Source of the DNA: a virus
Lineage: Duplodnaviria > Caudoviricetes
Reading direction: 5' to 3' (one strand)
Virus record (IMG/VR): IMGVR_UViG_2862481585_000002
Location: 1 to 64,000 of that record
Length of the DNA: 64,000 nt
The notes beneath the pieces are model-generated. The model had not been told where the DNA came from. It ran no database searches and saw only the letters and a program-made list of their open reading frames with translations. The translations under genes were made by a program, and so were the position numbers. Of this stretch, positions 46,506 to 56,788 are shown piece after piece (the first letter of the stretch is position 1; each line of letters starts with the position of its first letter).

Positions 46506-49271
46506 ATGGCCGTGTACGGCTACGACTACTACGGCAAGTCGCTGTACGGCGCGGAAACCGCAGTTCAGTACAGCGTCGAGCCCGTCACCGCGACTCCCAT
46601 CGCACCCGGCCACATCCAGCTCGGTTGGGGTGCCGCGACTCAAAACGCATGGAACACGATGCGGCTCGTCCGCAACCCCTTCGGCGTGCCCGCCCATGGC
46701 GACGACGGCACGGTCATCGCCGAGATCCCACAGACCGCCCCCGGCCGAACCTGGGACGACATCGACCTTCCCGAAGGCCGTGTCTTCTACTACGGGCTCT
46801 TCCTCGGCGTCACCACCTGGTCGAGCACGACCGCTTACCAGTCCGGCGACATCGTCGCCTACAACGGCATCAATTATGGAGCCGTCGCCGCCAGCACTGG
46901 CATCACGCCAGGCAGCAACTCCAGCGTCTGGCAGCCGACCACCACCAGCGACCCGTGGATTCGAGCGGGCGCGGCTGCCGGCCTGTCGGTGGCTGACCAC
47001 GGCTACGCCATGCGCCTGTACAAGTCGATCCCCAGGCCCTACCGACTGGACACGAGCGAAGTCACCGGCTACGAGGACGGAGTCACCAACCCTGACCTCT
47101 TCAAGTTCCTGAGTCTCTTCGGGCACCAACTGGACACCCTCGCTACCCAGACCGACATCCTGCGCGACCTTCGCCACATCGATACCGCGCCGGACGACGC
47201 CGTCAGGAGCCTGACCCACCAGTTCGGTGTTCTCACCGAAGTGAGCGACGAGCCCATCCGCCGCCGGGTGCACGCCACGAAGGCTGTCGAGCTGGCGAGG
47301 AACCGCGGCACCGACGCTGGGCTCGCCGACCTCATCAACACCCTGACCGGCTGGGACGTCGAGGTCGAAGGCAGCACCAACCTGATGCTCAACCAGGACC
47401 AGGCGAACTGGGCGAGTCCTAACTACCCCGCCTGGGACAAGGACGTCACCTACCTCGGCGGAGAGGTGGTCAACCACAACGGCGCCCTCTGGACTGCGAC
47501 CAAGTCCGTCAGCGCCATTACGCGCGCCGACACAATGACGGTCACCGCCAGTTCCGGGACCGTCACCAAGAACCCGCCGGCCTCGGGGGGCACTGGACCG
47601 ACGCCGTACATCTACAACACCACCCCGTACATGATCTTGAGCGGACCGGTCAACAGCTACGTGACGGTCTCCTTCACCGTGGCGGCATCAGGTACGTACG
47701 ACCTCTCCATTCGCGCAGCAGACGGAACCGCCTACGGCATCACCACGTACTCCATCGACGGTGTCCAGAGCAGCCTCGGCAAGGTCGACCACTACGTCCC
47801 GCCCCTGCGCACCGTCCCCATGACGACCTCCTCCACCCGCTACCTCGGCCGGTACACCATGACAGCCGGCACCCACACCTTCACGATCAAGGTGGTCGGA
47901 AAGAACGCCGCAGCCACTGACTACAAGGCCGGCCTGTACAGCCTCTCTGTCACCGGCACCGCCGACCCCTCGCGCGGCCAGGAACCTGTGAACGGCAGCG
48001 GCTGGTGGACAAAGGTCACGGCCGCCACCGGCATTGACGTCACCAGCAGCCTGACGAACCCGATCACCCGAGGCCCCTCCACGTGGAGCCTGCGCAACAT
48101 GACGACCGGCTCCTACCCGGCCGGACTCAGCGTTGCCGCAGGCATCGCCGCTGTCACTGGCACCGACACCAACAACAGTGCCGGCACAGTCACCAACACA
48201 GGAGGGGCGGCTGCGAACCTCGGCGTCCGCTCGGTCGGCACGCCCACGGCCCCGGCCTGGTCGTCCACCACTGCGTACGTTCTCGACAACCTCGTGCGCG
48301 ACACCAAAGGAACCGTCTGGCGGGCGCTCGCGGCCAGCCGGGGCGTCACCCCCGGCACGGACCGCGACGTCTGGGAGGTGGCCGACATACAGAGCAGTGA
48401 CCCACTGCCGCTCGCCGCCATGGTCCGCCAGTGGGGCGCTCCGCTGAACAAAACACCGCAGTGGAGTCCCCAGGTCGAGTACGCAGCCGGCGACAGGGTC
48501 GCGTACAACAACTTCACCTATACCGCCATGACCTCGTCACGGAACCGGGAGCCGGACGGCGACGCCGCGGACAACACCTACTGGCAGTTCGACGGCCCGG
48601 CACAGCGGATGTGGACCGCCTCTGCGTACACCAAGCTCTTGGCTGGAACGACCAGCACCACCGCGAAGCTCTTCCTCGACTGGTATGACGCGCAGGGAAA
48701 TCTCATCACCACCGTGACAGGTGCAACCCCCTCCGGCTTTTTCCAGCGCTTCGATGAACCGACCACAACGCTCAGTGGCGACCGGAGCTACTCGACGGAC
48801 TGGCTGTGGGACAGCAGCGGCGCCTGGTCGACAAGCGGCACCTGGGTCGTCTCCAACGGCGTGCTATCCCCGGTCACACCCAGCACCACGCCTTACACAC
48901 GGTGGGCACTGAACACCATTCCGACGGGAGCAGCCCCGAACGGAGACCTGCGGTTCTACATCACGTTCATGACCCGACCGCGCCTGGGTGCAGGCGCCGA
49001 GCAAGGCATGATCTTTCGCTCCGACAACACCGCCGCGAACTTCTGGATGGCCTCGCGCACGCGGCTGACCAAGAACGTCAATGGAGCCGTCACTGTGATG
49101 GCCACCTGGCCAGAGATCCCGGATGGCGGGCGCATCTACGTCCACCTCGCAGCAGGCCTCATCGAGGTCTACCGGTACGTCAGCCCCGGCGTCGCCCCCG
49201 TCAAGATCGCCTCGGTTGCCCAAGCTACGCCGGACGGCGGCGGCTTCGGCCTCATGGAACGGAGCCTGTGA
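46506..49271 (+). CDS. Large baseplate/tail protein with carbohydrate-binding-like repeats
   Basis: RGT..GL...I..LTGW (gpI-like); four W....Y..GD.V.YNG-type repeats. Confidence 0.8.
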   Translation: MAVYGYDYYGKSLYGAETAVQYSVEPVTATPIAPGHIQLGWGAATQNAWNTMRLVRNPFGVPAHGDDGTVIAEIPQTAPGRTWDDIDLPEGRVFYYGLFLGVTTWSSTTAYQSGDIVAYNGINYGAVAASTGITPGSNSSVWQPTTTSDPWIRAGAAAGLSVADHGYAMRLYKSIPRPYRLDTSEVTGYEDGVTNPDLFKFLSLFGHQLDTLATQTDILRDLRHIDTAPDDAVRSLTHQFGVLTEVSDEPIRRRVHATKAVELARNRGTDAGLADLINTLTGWDVEVEGSTNLMLNQDQANWASPNYPAWDKDVTYLGGEVVNHNGALWTATKSVSAITRADTMTVTASSGTVTKNPPASGGTGPTPYIYNTTPYMILSGPVNSYVTVSFTVAASGTYDLSIRAADGTAYGITTYSIDGVQSSLGKVDHYVPPLRTVPMTTSSTRYLGRYTMTAGTHTFTIKVVGKNAAATDYKAGLYSLSVTGTADPSRGQEPVNGSGWWTKVTAATGIDVTSSLTNPITRGPSTWSLRNMTTGSYPAGLSVAAGIAAVTGTDTNNSAGTVTNTGGAAANLGVRSVGTPTAPAWSSTTAYVLDNLVRDTKGTVWRALAASRGVTPGTDRDVWEVADIQSSDPLPLAAMVRQWGAPLNKTPQWSPQVEYAAGDRVAYNNFTYTAMTSSRNREPDGDAADNTYWQFDGPAQRMWTASAYTKLLAGTTSTTAKLFLDWYDAQGNLITTVTGATPSGFFQRFDEPTTTLSGDRSYSTDWLWDSSGAWSTSGTWVVSNGVLSPVTPSTTPYTRWALNTIPTGAAPNGDLRFYITFMTRPRLGAGAEQGMIFRSDNTAANFWMASRTRLTKNVNGAVTVMATWPEIPDGGRIYVHLAAGLIEVYRYVSPGVAPVKIASVAQATPDGGGFGLMERSL

Positions 49272-50963
49272 TGGCGACCCTGCTGATAGCCAGCCAGCCA
49301 GCCGGCACAGGCCGCCGCCTCCACCCACGGCAGCGACCCCCTCATCCAGTACCCGATCGTCATCAGCGGCAGCGCGACCAGCACCTCCAGCGGCGAGGCG
49401 GGTATCACAACGCTGCGCCCGGCCGGCGGGTTCGCGGACCTTGGCGTCGCTGTAGGCACCACGGTGGACCCGGCCATCTCCTACGTGGTCGGATCCGAAA
49501 CGCCCCATACCCTGAATTCGACGTGGCAGCGCATGAGCCTTACTGCCACGGCGCCCATCGACTATGAGCGCGGAGAAGCCGGAAAGCTGTGGAACGGTGC
49601 CGCGTACGCGAGTGTCGGACTGAGCTGGGACGGTTTGCCAGCCAGTAGCACCGTGGCGTTCGATCGGGTCCAGTTCGCCAGGACGCCCTCGGGCAACCTG
49701 CTCGGGCGCTCGGCCGCCTTCCACGACGACCACATGTGCTACGAGTCCGGCGCCGGCACGATCACCACCCGCACGCGTGAACGGACGATGGTCGGCGAGT
49801 ACAGCGCAAAGTGTCTTCTCTCCTACATCCCCGGCGGTACCGACGGATGGGAACTGTCCCCGCACACCGATGCGCTCGCCTCCCTGAAGGCCGGCGGTGG
49901 CCGCGTCACCGGTCGGGTCTCGGTATCCACCGACGTTCCTCGGCGCTGGCGTGTCCGTATCCGTGCGTACGACTCCAACTACAGCCTGGTCTACGACGGG
50001 CTCTCCTCCGCACCGAACAACACCTCGCATGCCAACGGTGTCTGGTCAACGGCTCAGTTCAGCGCCACGATGCCGAGTACCGCCCGGTACGTGGCTGTCA
50101 CGCCATACGTGTACTACGACAGTGCCACCCCTCAGCCGGGCTGGTACTTCTACTCCGACGCCCACTACCTTTCCTACGACATCTCCGACCCGAATTTCCG
50201 CGTTCCCGAGTGGCGTGCGCCGCGAAGTCTGAAAATTCGTGTCAAGCCCGCACGCGTCAATCTAGTGAACAATCCGGGCTTCAACACCGGGAGCTCGGGA
50301 TGGGGCTATTTCGGAGCTTCCGGAGTGTCTGGGCAGATGACCTGGGACAGCTCTACCGGGAGAGGGAAACCGGGGTCGGTCAAGTTCCACCTCGCCAACG
50401 GAAACACCGTCACTAACTCGATAGTCGGCATCGCACCCATATCTGGCATCAACCCCGGCACTAAGGGCGGCGACATGCTGCGGACGGGAGTACCCCACAT
50501 ACTCTCGGCCTGGGTGAAGGTGCCTGCCGGCTACCCGCCAGTGAGTGCGGCTGCCTGGGACCCGCTCGCCGCTGTCTACAGGTACGGCCCGAACTCCGAC
50601 TGGATCAGAGCCAACCGTCCTGAGCTGGTCCAAGGAGAATGGGTCCGCGTCTACTACACGTGGACTCCGCCAGCAACCAGCACCCGCCAGTTCTACGGCG
50701 GAGTCCTGGTCCCCAAGGCCACTTACACGGCCAGCAGCAATGGGCTGTCTTTCTGGCTGGACGATGTCCTGCTGGAGGAAACAGACGAACTGCGCGACTA
50801 CTTCGATGGGGCTGACATCTCCGCAGACTATCTATGGCAGGGCACCTCCAACATGTCGAAGAGTCTCTATTTCCCTGGAAGGGCGAGGCACGCGCAACGA
50901 CTTACCGAAATTGTCCGGGACAATGTGCCGTGGGGAACAACATTCGATCTCGTCTTCTCCTAG
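49271..50963 (+). pseudogene. Tail protein gene frameshifted at an (AGCC)4 repeat (possibly phase-variable); the long frame ends at 50963
   Basis: ATG 49271 is TGATG-coupled to the upstream gene; removing one AGCC from 49288-49303 joins it to the 49464-50963 frame. Confidence 0.7.
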
Positions 50964-50979
50964 GAATTCCGGAGTGTCA

Positions 50980-51294
50980 ATGGACAAGGTAAGTATTGTC
51001 AACCTACTGGTCGGCGCAGTCCTTCCGCTGATCGTCGCCCTTATCTCGAAGGAGACCTGGGCCGGCTGGGTCAAGGGCCTGCTGCTCGCGGCGCTCTCGG
51101 CGGCCGGCGGTCTGGGGACAGAGTTCGTTGCCGACCCCGACGCCTTCAGGCTGAGCGTCGCCGGCTGGAGCGCAGCCTCCGCCTTCGTCCTCGGTGTCGC
51201 TGCCCACTACGGCGTCTACAAGGGAACGACCGTCCAGGAGCTGCTCGCCAAGGCCCTGTACAAGGCTCCAGCCCCGGCGGACACGTCCGGCTGA
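50980..51294 (+). CDS. Holin-like membrane protein
   Basis: 104 aa with three hydrophobic segments; last gene of the tail operon. Confidence 0.7.
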   Translation: MDKVSIVNLLVGAVLPLIVALISKETWAGWVKGLLLAALSAAGGLGTEFVADPDAFRLSVAGWSAASAFVLGVAAHYGVYKGTTVQELLAKALYKAPAPADTSG

Positions 51295-51312
51295 CCGAGC
51301 TCCGTTGCGGCG

Positions 51313-51340
51313 AAGCCCGTCCTTACGTGGGGCGGGCTTT
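51313..51340 (+). terminator. Terminator closing the late operon
   Basis: AAGCCCGTCC...GGGCGGGCTTT. Confidence 0.7.
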
Positions 51341-51352
51341 CCGCTTGTTGGC

Positions 51353-51395
51353 CAACTTGTTGTTCAACTTGTACGTTAAGATGTTCCACAAGTCA
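51353..51395. promoter_or_regulatory. Four CAA(C/G)TTG-type boxes at 12-bp spacing
   Basis: Boxes at 51353, 51365, 51377 and 51389. Confidence 0.7.
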
Positions 51396-51428
51396 TGATC
51401 TTCGGCGCGTCCGTCAGGACGACGAGGC

Positions 51429-52445
51429 GTGCCCGTACAAGGAGCACAGTTGGCCATCCATATCGCTGTCGCCGGGGCCGGTCCGGTCGACAAGAGCACC
51501 GTCACCGAACTTCTCGACGACTGGCTCGGCATCGACGCCAACGGCAAGCCCACCACCGACGAAGAGGTCTTTCTCGTCCTCCCGGCCGCCGCGGAACACG
51601 TCACCCCCGCCGTGAAGGCGGTCTACAACTGGTCCGGGGAAGTCGACCCCGAGATCCCCTACACCGCCGTCGTCGCCCAGACCCTCGACAAGGCCTCCAA
51701 GGTCATCCGCGACAACGCCGAAAGCGCCGAACCGGCCCGCGACGGCGAGGTCTACACCGTCCTCGGTCGCACGCTCGCCGATCGTCTCACCGGCGACCGC
51801 TTCCTCCTCGTTGCTGGCGGCCAGGACGACGAGGATCTGGCCGACCTGGTCGGCTACTGCCACGACGAGGACATCACCGTCCTCGACCTGCGCGACGCAC
51901 TGAAGCAGATCACCCCGCCCGAGCCCGAGGCCGACAACGCCGAAGAGAGCGCGGACCAGGTCGACGAGAAGCCGGCCCCCGAGGAAGAGGCCGAGGCCGA
52001 CGAAGAGCCCTGTGAGGGTGGCACTCAGACCCTCGTCCCCCTTCCGCAGCCGCAGCCGGCCGCGACCCTGGAGGACGAGGTGGCAGCGGCACACCACCGG
52101 ATCACGGCCGCCGACCCGAAGGGTATTCAGGGCGTCATTGCCGTCCTGGAGGACGTCACCCACCACCTGCGCCTGGTGGACGAGTCGAACGCCGCCGCCA
52201 ACCTCGCCGCTCCCCGGTACCGGCCGATCACCGAGCGGTCGATCCAAGGGCTCGAATGGGCCAAGGCCCTCCAGTACGACGGCCTGAAGCCCGTGACGTC
52301 CGCGGCGGAGCCGGAGGAGCCTCAGCCGGCGAAGCGGAGCAGCGGCAAGGTCCGCAAGGAGTGGTTCAACCCCGAGACGGAGCGGTGGGAGCCGCTGCGA
52401 GGCCGACCGCGCAAGGGAGTCGAGATCCGCCCGGTCGCTGCCTGA
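51429..52445 (+). CDS. Hypothetical acidic protein with C-terminal RGRPRK AT-hook
   Basis: Long GC3-biased ORF. Confidence 0.75.
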   Translation: MPVQGAQLAIHIAVAGAGPVDKSTVTELLDDWLGIDANGKPTTDEEVFLVLPAAAEHVTPAVKAVYNWSGEVDPEIPYTAVVAQTLDKASKVIRDNAESAEPARDGEVYTVLGRTLADRLTGDRFLLVAGGQDDEDLADLVGYCHDEDITVLDLRDALKQITPPEPEADNAEESADQVDEKPAPEEEAEADEEPCEGGTQTLVPLPQPQPAATLEDEVAAAHHRITAADPKGIQGVIAVLEDVTHHLRLVDESNAAANLAAPRYRPITERSIQGLEWAKALQYDGLKPVTSAAEPEEPQPAKRSSGKVRKEWFNPETERWEPLRGRPRKGVEIRPVAA

Positions 52446-52515
52446 AGCAGCACGCCAGCGGGGCGGCCACGAGCCGCCCCGCTTTCCCACGCCCCACGCT
52501 TCCCGAGGTGACCAG

Positions 52516-52776
52516 ATGAGCCACGAGGACTTCCCGACCGGCACGCTCCAAGGCTGGGCCAGCGCGCCCGTCAGCGTCCCGCGAGAGGTCGCCACCGATC
52601 GCCGCCTCTCCACCGGAGCCCGAGGCCTGTACCTGTACCTGCTGACCCGCGAGGAGGGCGCCGAGATGACGCCCGCGGCCCTCGCTGGCGAACTGCCCGA
52701 CAGCCTGCCGAAGATCAACGGCTGGTGGGTCGAGCTGCGCGCTGCCGGCCTCATCACCGCTGCGAGTGGCCAGTGA
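52516..52776 (+). CDS. Small HTH protein (replication-initiator N-terminus-like)
   Basis: D.RLS.GARGLY.YL...EL..AGLI. Confidence 0.7.
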   Translation: MSHEDFPTGTLQGWASAPVSVPREVATDRRLSTGARGLYLYLLTREEGAEMTPAALAGELPDSLPKINGWWVELRAAGLITAASGQ

Positions 52777-53717
52777 CCGACGCACCAGAGGACCGCCTCC
52801 AGGCCCACGAACTGTGGGTCCAGACCCCGCACGTTTTCATTGTCGACCACAAGATCTCCGACGCCGCCTTCCGTCTCGGCTGCCTGCTGGCCAAGTACGC
52901 CGGCCGCAACGGCTGCGCCTTCCCGAAGCAGGCGACGCTCGCCAAGGACCTCAACTGGTCCCTGCGCACCGTCTCCCGCCGCATCACCGAACTGCGGGAC
53001 AGGGGCTGGCTGCGCTCCGAGCGGCGCTGGCCCGGAGGCCCCTGCAACTACTACCTGGCCACACCTGAGGAGATGGGTTACGCCAAAACTGGCGTAGGGG
53101 TCACGACAGATGTGGCGCAACAAGAAGGAGATTCAAAGAATCTCCTTCCTACGGAAGGGCCGCACGCTCCGCGCACGACGTCCCGGAGGGTCTCCCGGCG
53201 AGCTGAGGAACGGAGGCGGGCGGCTGAGGAAGACGCCTACGACCCGGCCAAGGCCATGGGGTTGTGGGACGACGAGAAGGTGCCGCATGAGGACGGTGAG
53301 CCGTCCCGTGGCGGATGGGGAGCCGGCAAGCGCACCAGCGCCTCCAGCAGCCGCCGGCCGGGCCCTGACACCGGTCCTGGGTTGGCTCGGCACTGGCGGG
53401 AGACGGTCGAGGCGCAGCCGTGGGCGTTCGGCCTGGAGAGCAACGTTCGTGCCCTCGCCAGCCACTTCGTGAAGCTCAAGCAGGCCGGCCTGACCCCGGA
53501 CGAGCTGCGGGAGATGAGCGAGCTGTACGCCACCACGGAGGGGCTGCGGAACCCGCGGACGCTCGCCTGGCAGGACTTCATCGGCAAGCGGGCTCTGCTT
53601 ATCGATGCGGTCCGCAAGGGGCGCGAGGCAAAGGCCGCGCAGGAGCGCCCGGATGAGGTCTACGACGGCTGGGGCGAGCCCGAGCAGGAGAAGCCGGCTG
53701 ACGACTGGTCCTGGTGA
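52773..53717 (+). CDS. HTH replication-initiator-like protein
   Basis: AFPKQATLAKDLNWSLRTVSRRITELRDRGWL; upstream of the DnaC-like gene. Confidence 0.78.
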   Translation: MTDAPEDRLQAHELWVQTPHVFIVDHKISDAAFRLGCLLAKYAGRNGCAFPKQATLAKDLNWSLRTVSRRITELRDRGWLRSERRWPGGPCNYYLATPEEMGYAKTGVGVTTDVAQQEGDSKNLLPTEGPHAPRTTSRRVSRRAEERRRAAEEDAYDPAKAMGLWDDEKVPHEDGEPSRGGWGAGKRTSASSSRRPGPDTGPGLARHWRETVEAQPWAFGLESNVRALASHFVKLKQAGLTPDELREMSELYATTEGLRNPRTLAWQDFIGKRALLIDAVRKGREAKAAQERPDEVYDGWGEPEQEKPADDWSW

Positions 53718-53721
53718 CCCT

Positions 53722-53753
53722 CAACTTGTTACTTAAGTTGTTCCACAACTTGT
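53722..53753. promoter_or_regulatory. Three CAA(C/G)TTG-type boxes at 12-bp spacing
   Basis: Boxes at 53722, 53734 and 53746. Confidence 0.7.
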
Positions 53754-53789
53754 GGTTCAATGAGGTCCTCATCGATCAAGGAGGGGACC

Positions 53790-54479
53790 GTGCAGACCGC
53801 CGAGCCACAGACCAGGGACGAGAGCCTGGTCTGGCGCACCGCCCGCATCCCGGTGAAGCACTGGGGCCGCGGCATCGAGGACCTCAACCAAATGAACCCC
53901 GAGGTCCGGACGACCGTCGAGCGCTTCATCGCGACGTGGCTCCAGCGCTACATCCCGCTCGACGCGACCATGGCCCAACTCCCGGAGGATCGCAGCCTTG
54001 TCGGCAAGGGGCTGCTCCTCTTCGGCAACGCGGGCACCGGCAAGACGACAACCGCGGCCGGCGTCGCCACCACCATCCGGCGCCACTACGGCGCAGTGGT
54101 CTTCTTCGTCCCCTTCGCCGACTACATCCAGGCCCTGATCGACCACGGCCGCTGGCGGGAGCTCTACCAGGCCACGGGCGACGAGTTCGCCCGCGAGAAG
54201 TTCCTGGCGCTCCAGAAGCTGCTGGACAAGGTGCTCACCTGCCCGCTGGTCGTCCTCGACGACATGGGCAAGGAGCACCACACCTCCAGCGGCTTCGCAG
54301 CCGACGTCTTCGACGCCCTCATCCGCGGCCGGCACCGCAACGGCCGCCCCACCATCCTGACCAGCAACAACCGTCCGGGCGACTGGGACAAGACCTACAA
54401 CGCCTCGATGCAGTCATTCCTCACCGAAGCCTGCGAGGTCGTCCCCATGGCCGGAAGGGACCACCGCCGTGGCGCATAA
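53790..54479 (+). CDS. DnaC/IstB-like helicase loader ATPase
   Basis: GNAGTGKT, LVVLDDMGKE, PTILTSN, G.D.R. Confidence 0.9.
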   Translation: MQTAEPQTRDESLVWRTARIPVKHWGRGIEDLNQMNPEVRTTVERFIATWLQRYIPLDATMAQLPEDRSLVGKGLLLFGNAGTGKTTTAAGVATTIRRHYGAVVFFVPFADYIQALIDHGRWRELYQATGDEFAREKFLALQKLLDKVLTCPLVVLDDMGKEHHTSSGFAADVFDALIRGRHRNGRPTILTSNNRPGDWDKTYNASMQSFLTEACEVVPMAGRDHRRGA

Positions 54480-55284
54480 GCACGTCGTCATGTTCAGCAG
54501 TGGTGCCGGCTCCTGGGCGGCGGCCCGGCGCGTGGTCGAGCAGCACGGCAACGAGAACCTCTACCTCGTCTTCTCCGATGTCAAGGGCGACAACCCCAGC
54601 CCCCACGCCGGCGAAGACAAGGACAACTACCGCTTCCTGCGCCAGGCGGCCTGGGACCTGGGCGGCCAACTGGTCTGGCTGACCGAGGGACGCGACATCT
54701 GGCAGGTCTTCCGGGACGACCGGTTCCTCGGCAACACCCGCCTCGCCAACTGCTCGAAGTTCCTCAAGCAACGGCCAGCGCGTGAATGGCTGGAGGCCCA
54801 CTGCGACCCAGACGAGACCACCGTCTACGTCGGCATCGACTGGAGCGAAGCACACCGCCTGCCGGCCATCGAGCGCTCCTACCAGCCCTACAAGGCCGTC
54901 GCCCCGCTCTGCGAGCCGCCCTACCTCGACAAGGAAGACATCCTGGAGCAGCTCCGGGAACGCGGCATCAAGCCGCCCCGCCTCTACGACATGGGCTTCG
55001 CCCACGCCAACTGTGGCGGCTTCTGCGTCCGCTCCGGTCAGGCCCAGTTCAAGAACCTGCTGAAGGTCATGCCAGAGCGCTACGCCTATCACGAGCAGCA
55101 GGAGCAGGCCCTGCGCAACTACCTCGGCAAGGACGTCGCCATCCTCCGGGACCGGCGCGGCGGGACCACCAAGCCCATGACGCTGACGGACTTCCGCCAG
55201 CGCGTCGAGTCCGAGCAGATCAACGTCGACCCGTACGACATCGGCGGCTGCGGCTGCTTCGTCGAGGAAGAGAACGCCGCGTGA
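54469..55284 (+). CDS. PAPS-reductase-like (PP-loop) protein
   Basis: FSSGAGSW, CSK.LK, LY.MGF.HANCGGFCV. Confidence 0.75.
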   Translation: MAHKHVVMFSSGAGSWAAARRVVEQHGNENLYLVFSDVKGDNPSPHAGEDKDNYRFLRQAAWDLGGQLVWLTEGRDIWQVFRDDRFLGNTRLANCSKFLKQRPAREWLEAHCDPDETTVYVGIDWSEAHRLPAIERSYQPYKAVAPLCEPPYLDKEDILEQLRERGIKPPRLYDMGFAHANCGGFCVRSGQAQFKNLLKVMPERYAYHEQQEQALRNYLGKDVAILRDRRGGTTKPMTLTDFRQRVESEQINVDPYDIGGCGCFVEEENAA

Positions 55285-55514
55285 TCCACGCCTGCACCTA
55301 CGAGCACAGCTTCGAACTGCCGGCCTGGCTGCCCCGCCACCAGATCCGACGCATCGAGCGCTCCGGCCTCACGGTGATCCTCGCCCAGATGCGCGCGGAC
55401 GGCGTTGAGCCCGACTGGAGCACCTTCCGCCTCCACGTCGAGTGGCCCCGGCGCACCGGCAAGACCGTCCTGATCAACACCATCATCGCGGCCCTGAAGG
55501 GGGGAGACGAGTGA
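55281..55514 (+). CDS. Hypothetical protein
   Basis: GTGA-coupled on both sides. Confidence 0.55.
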   Translation: MIHACTYEHSFELPAWLPRHQIRRIERSGLTVILAQMRADGVEPDWSTFRLHVEWPRRTGKTVLINTIIAALKGGDE

Positions 55515-56788
55515 AGTCGACCCTGTCGCACGAGCACAAGCTGCTCTGCAAGGTCATCCAGACCGGAGACATCTCCACGGTCCTCAACGCCAAGATCAAG
55601 CCTCGGCACATCACCAACGCCGAGATCCGGCGCGTGTTCGAGGACATGATCGCCTACAACGCCGAGTACGGCACGGCGCCCACCCTCGACGCGGTCCGAG
55701 CCGACCACCCGACCTTCGAGGTCGCCCAGGTCGACGAGCCGCTCGATTACCTCATCGACCGCATCCGCGACCGGCGCCGCACAGCACTGACCGAACGCGG
55801 CCTGAACGCCGCCGTCGAGGCGCTGGTCTCTCAGGGCGACACCGACCACGCACTGGACATCGTCCGAGCCCTCATCAGCAAGGTCGCCGAAGACACCCCT
55901 GTCGGCAACGACTTCAACTGGGCCAGGACCGTTGACGACCGACTGGCCACCTACCGCTCCTACGCCGAGCGGGAGGAAGGTGAGCTGATCGGCCTTCCGA
56001 CCGGCTTCCCCTCCCTGGACCGGCTCACCCTCGGCCTCCAGGCCGGCCAGATGGTCACCCTCACCGGTCTGGAGAAGTCCAACAAGACCACGACACTCCT
56101 GGCGATCACCCGCGCCATGCACGCCGTCGGCGCCCGACCGCTGCTCTTCTCCTTCGAGATGTCCGCCATGGAGATCTCCGAGCGCCTGGATTCCTTCCTC
56201 GCCGGCATCAGCCAGCGCAAGCTCCGAGCCGGCGAACTCAACGAGCTGGAGTGGAAGCGCCTGGAGAAGGCCATGCGGAAGCTGGAGGGAATGGGCGACT
56301 ACATCATCGCCGAGGATCCTTCCGCCCGGATGACCCTTGACAACGTCCAGGCCAAGATCGACGAGTACAAACCCGACGCGGTCATCATCGACGGCGCGTA
56401 CTTCTTCGTCGACTCGATCTCCGGCGAGCAGCAGACCCCGCTGGCCATGACCAACATCAGCCGCGGCATCAAGCGCATGGCGGCCCGCAACGGTCTCCCC
56501 TTCGTCGTCACCACCCAGGCCCTGCGCAGCAAGCTCGGCTCCAACGGCCTGAACTCCGGCTCCATGGGCTACACCTCGGCGTTTGCCCAGGACGCCACCC
56601 TTGCCCTCGGTGTCGAGCAGACCGACGATCCGATGTTCTACAAGCTCAAGGTCCTGGCCGGCCGCAACGTCCCCAAGGCGGAGTGGTTCGTGAAGCTCGA
56701 CTGGGAGTCCGGCTCCCTGATCGAGCAGGACGGCGACCCCTTCGGCGAGGAGGTGGAGGACGATGTCCCGGCGTACGCGGGCTGGTAG
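55511..56788 (+). CDS. Replicative DNA helicase (DnaB-like)
   Basis: GLPTGFPSLDRLT.GL, Walker A-like G..KSNKT, SFEMS, IIDG, QDA. Confidence 0.9.
   Translation: MKSTLSHEHKLLCKVIQTGDISTVLNAKIKPRHITNAEIRRVFEDMIAYNAEYGTAPTLDAVRADHPTFEVAQVDEPLDYLIDRIRDRRRTALTERGLNAAVEALVSQGDTDHALDIVRALISKVAEDTPVGNDFNWARTVDDRLATYRSYAEREEGELIGLPTGFPSLDRLTLGLQAGQMVTLTGLEKSNKTTTLLAITRAMHAVGARPLLFSFEMSAMEISERLDSFLAGISQRKLRAGELNELEWKRLEKAMRKLEGMGDYIIAEDPSARMTLDNVQAKIDEYKPDAVIIDGAYFFVDSISGEQQTPLAMTNISRGIKRMAARNGLPFVVTTQALRSKLGSNGLNSGSMGYTSAFAQDATLALGVEQTDDPMFYKLKVLAGRNVPKAEWFVKLDWESGSLIEQDGDPFGEEVEDDVPAYAGW

Noticed and set aside
32024-50963. Stand-alone extracellular contractile injection system
   Set aside because: Terminase, portal, scaffold, capsid and replication genes are present, so this is a phage tail
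40734-50963. Diversity-generating retroelement or invertase-type tail switching
   Set aside because: No reverse transcriptase, template/variable repeat pair or invertase with inverted sites was seen
56040-56100. Inactive helicase because Walker A reads GLEKSNKT
   Set aside because: The catalytic KT and the other motifs are intact; most likely a natural variant
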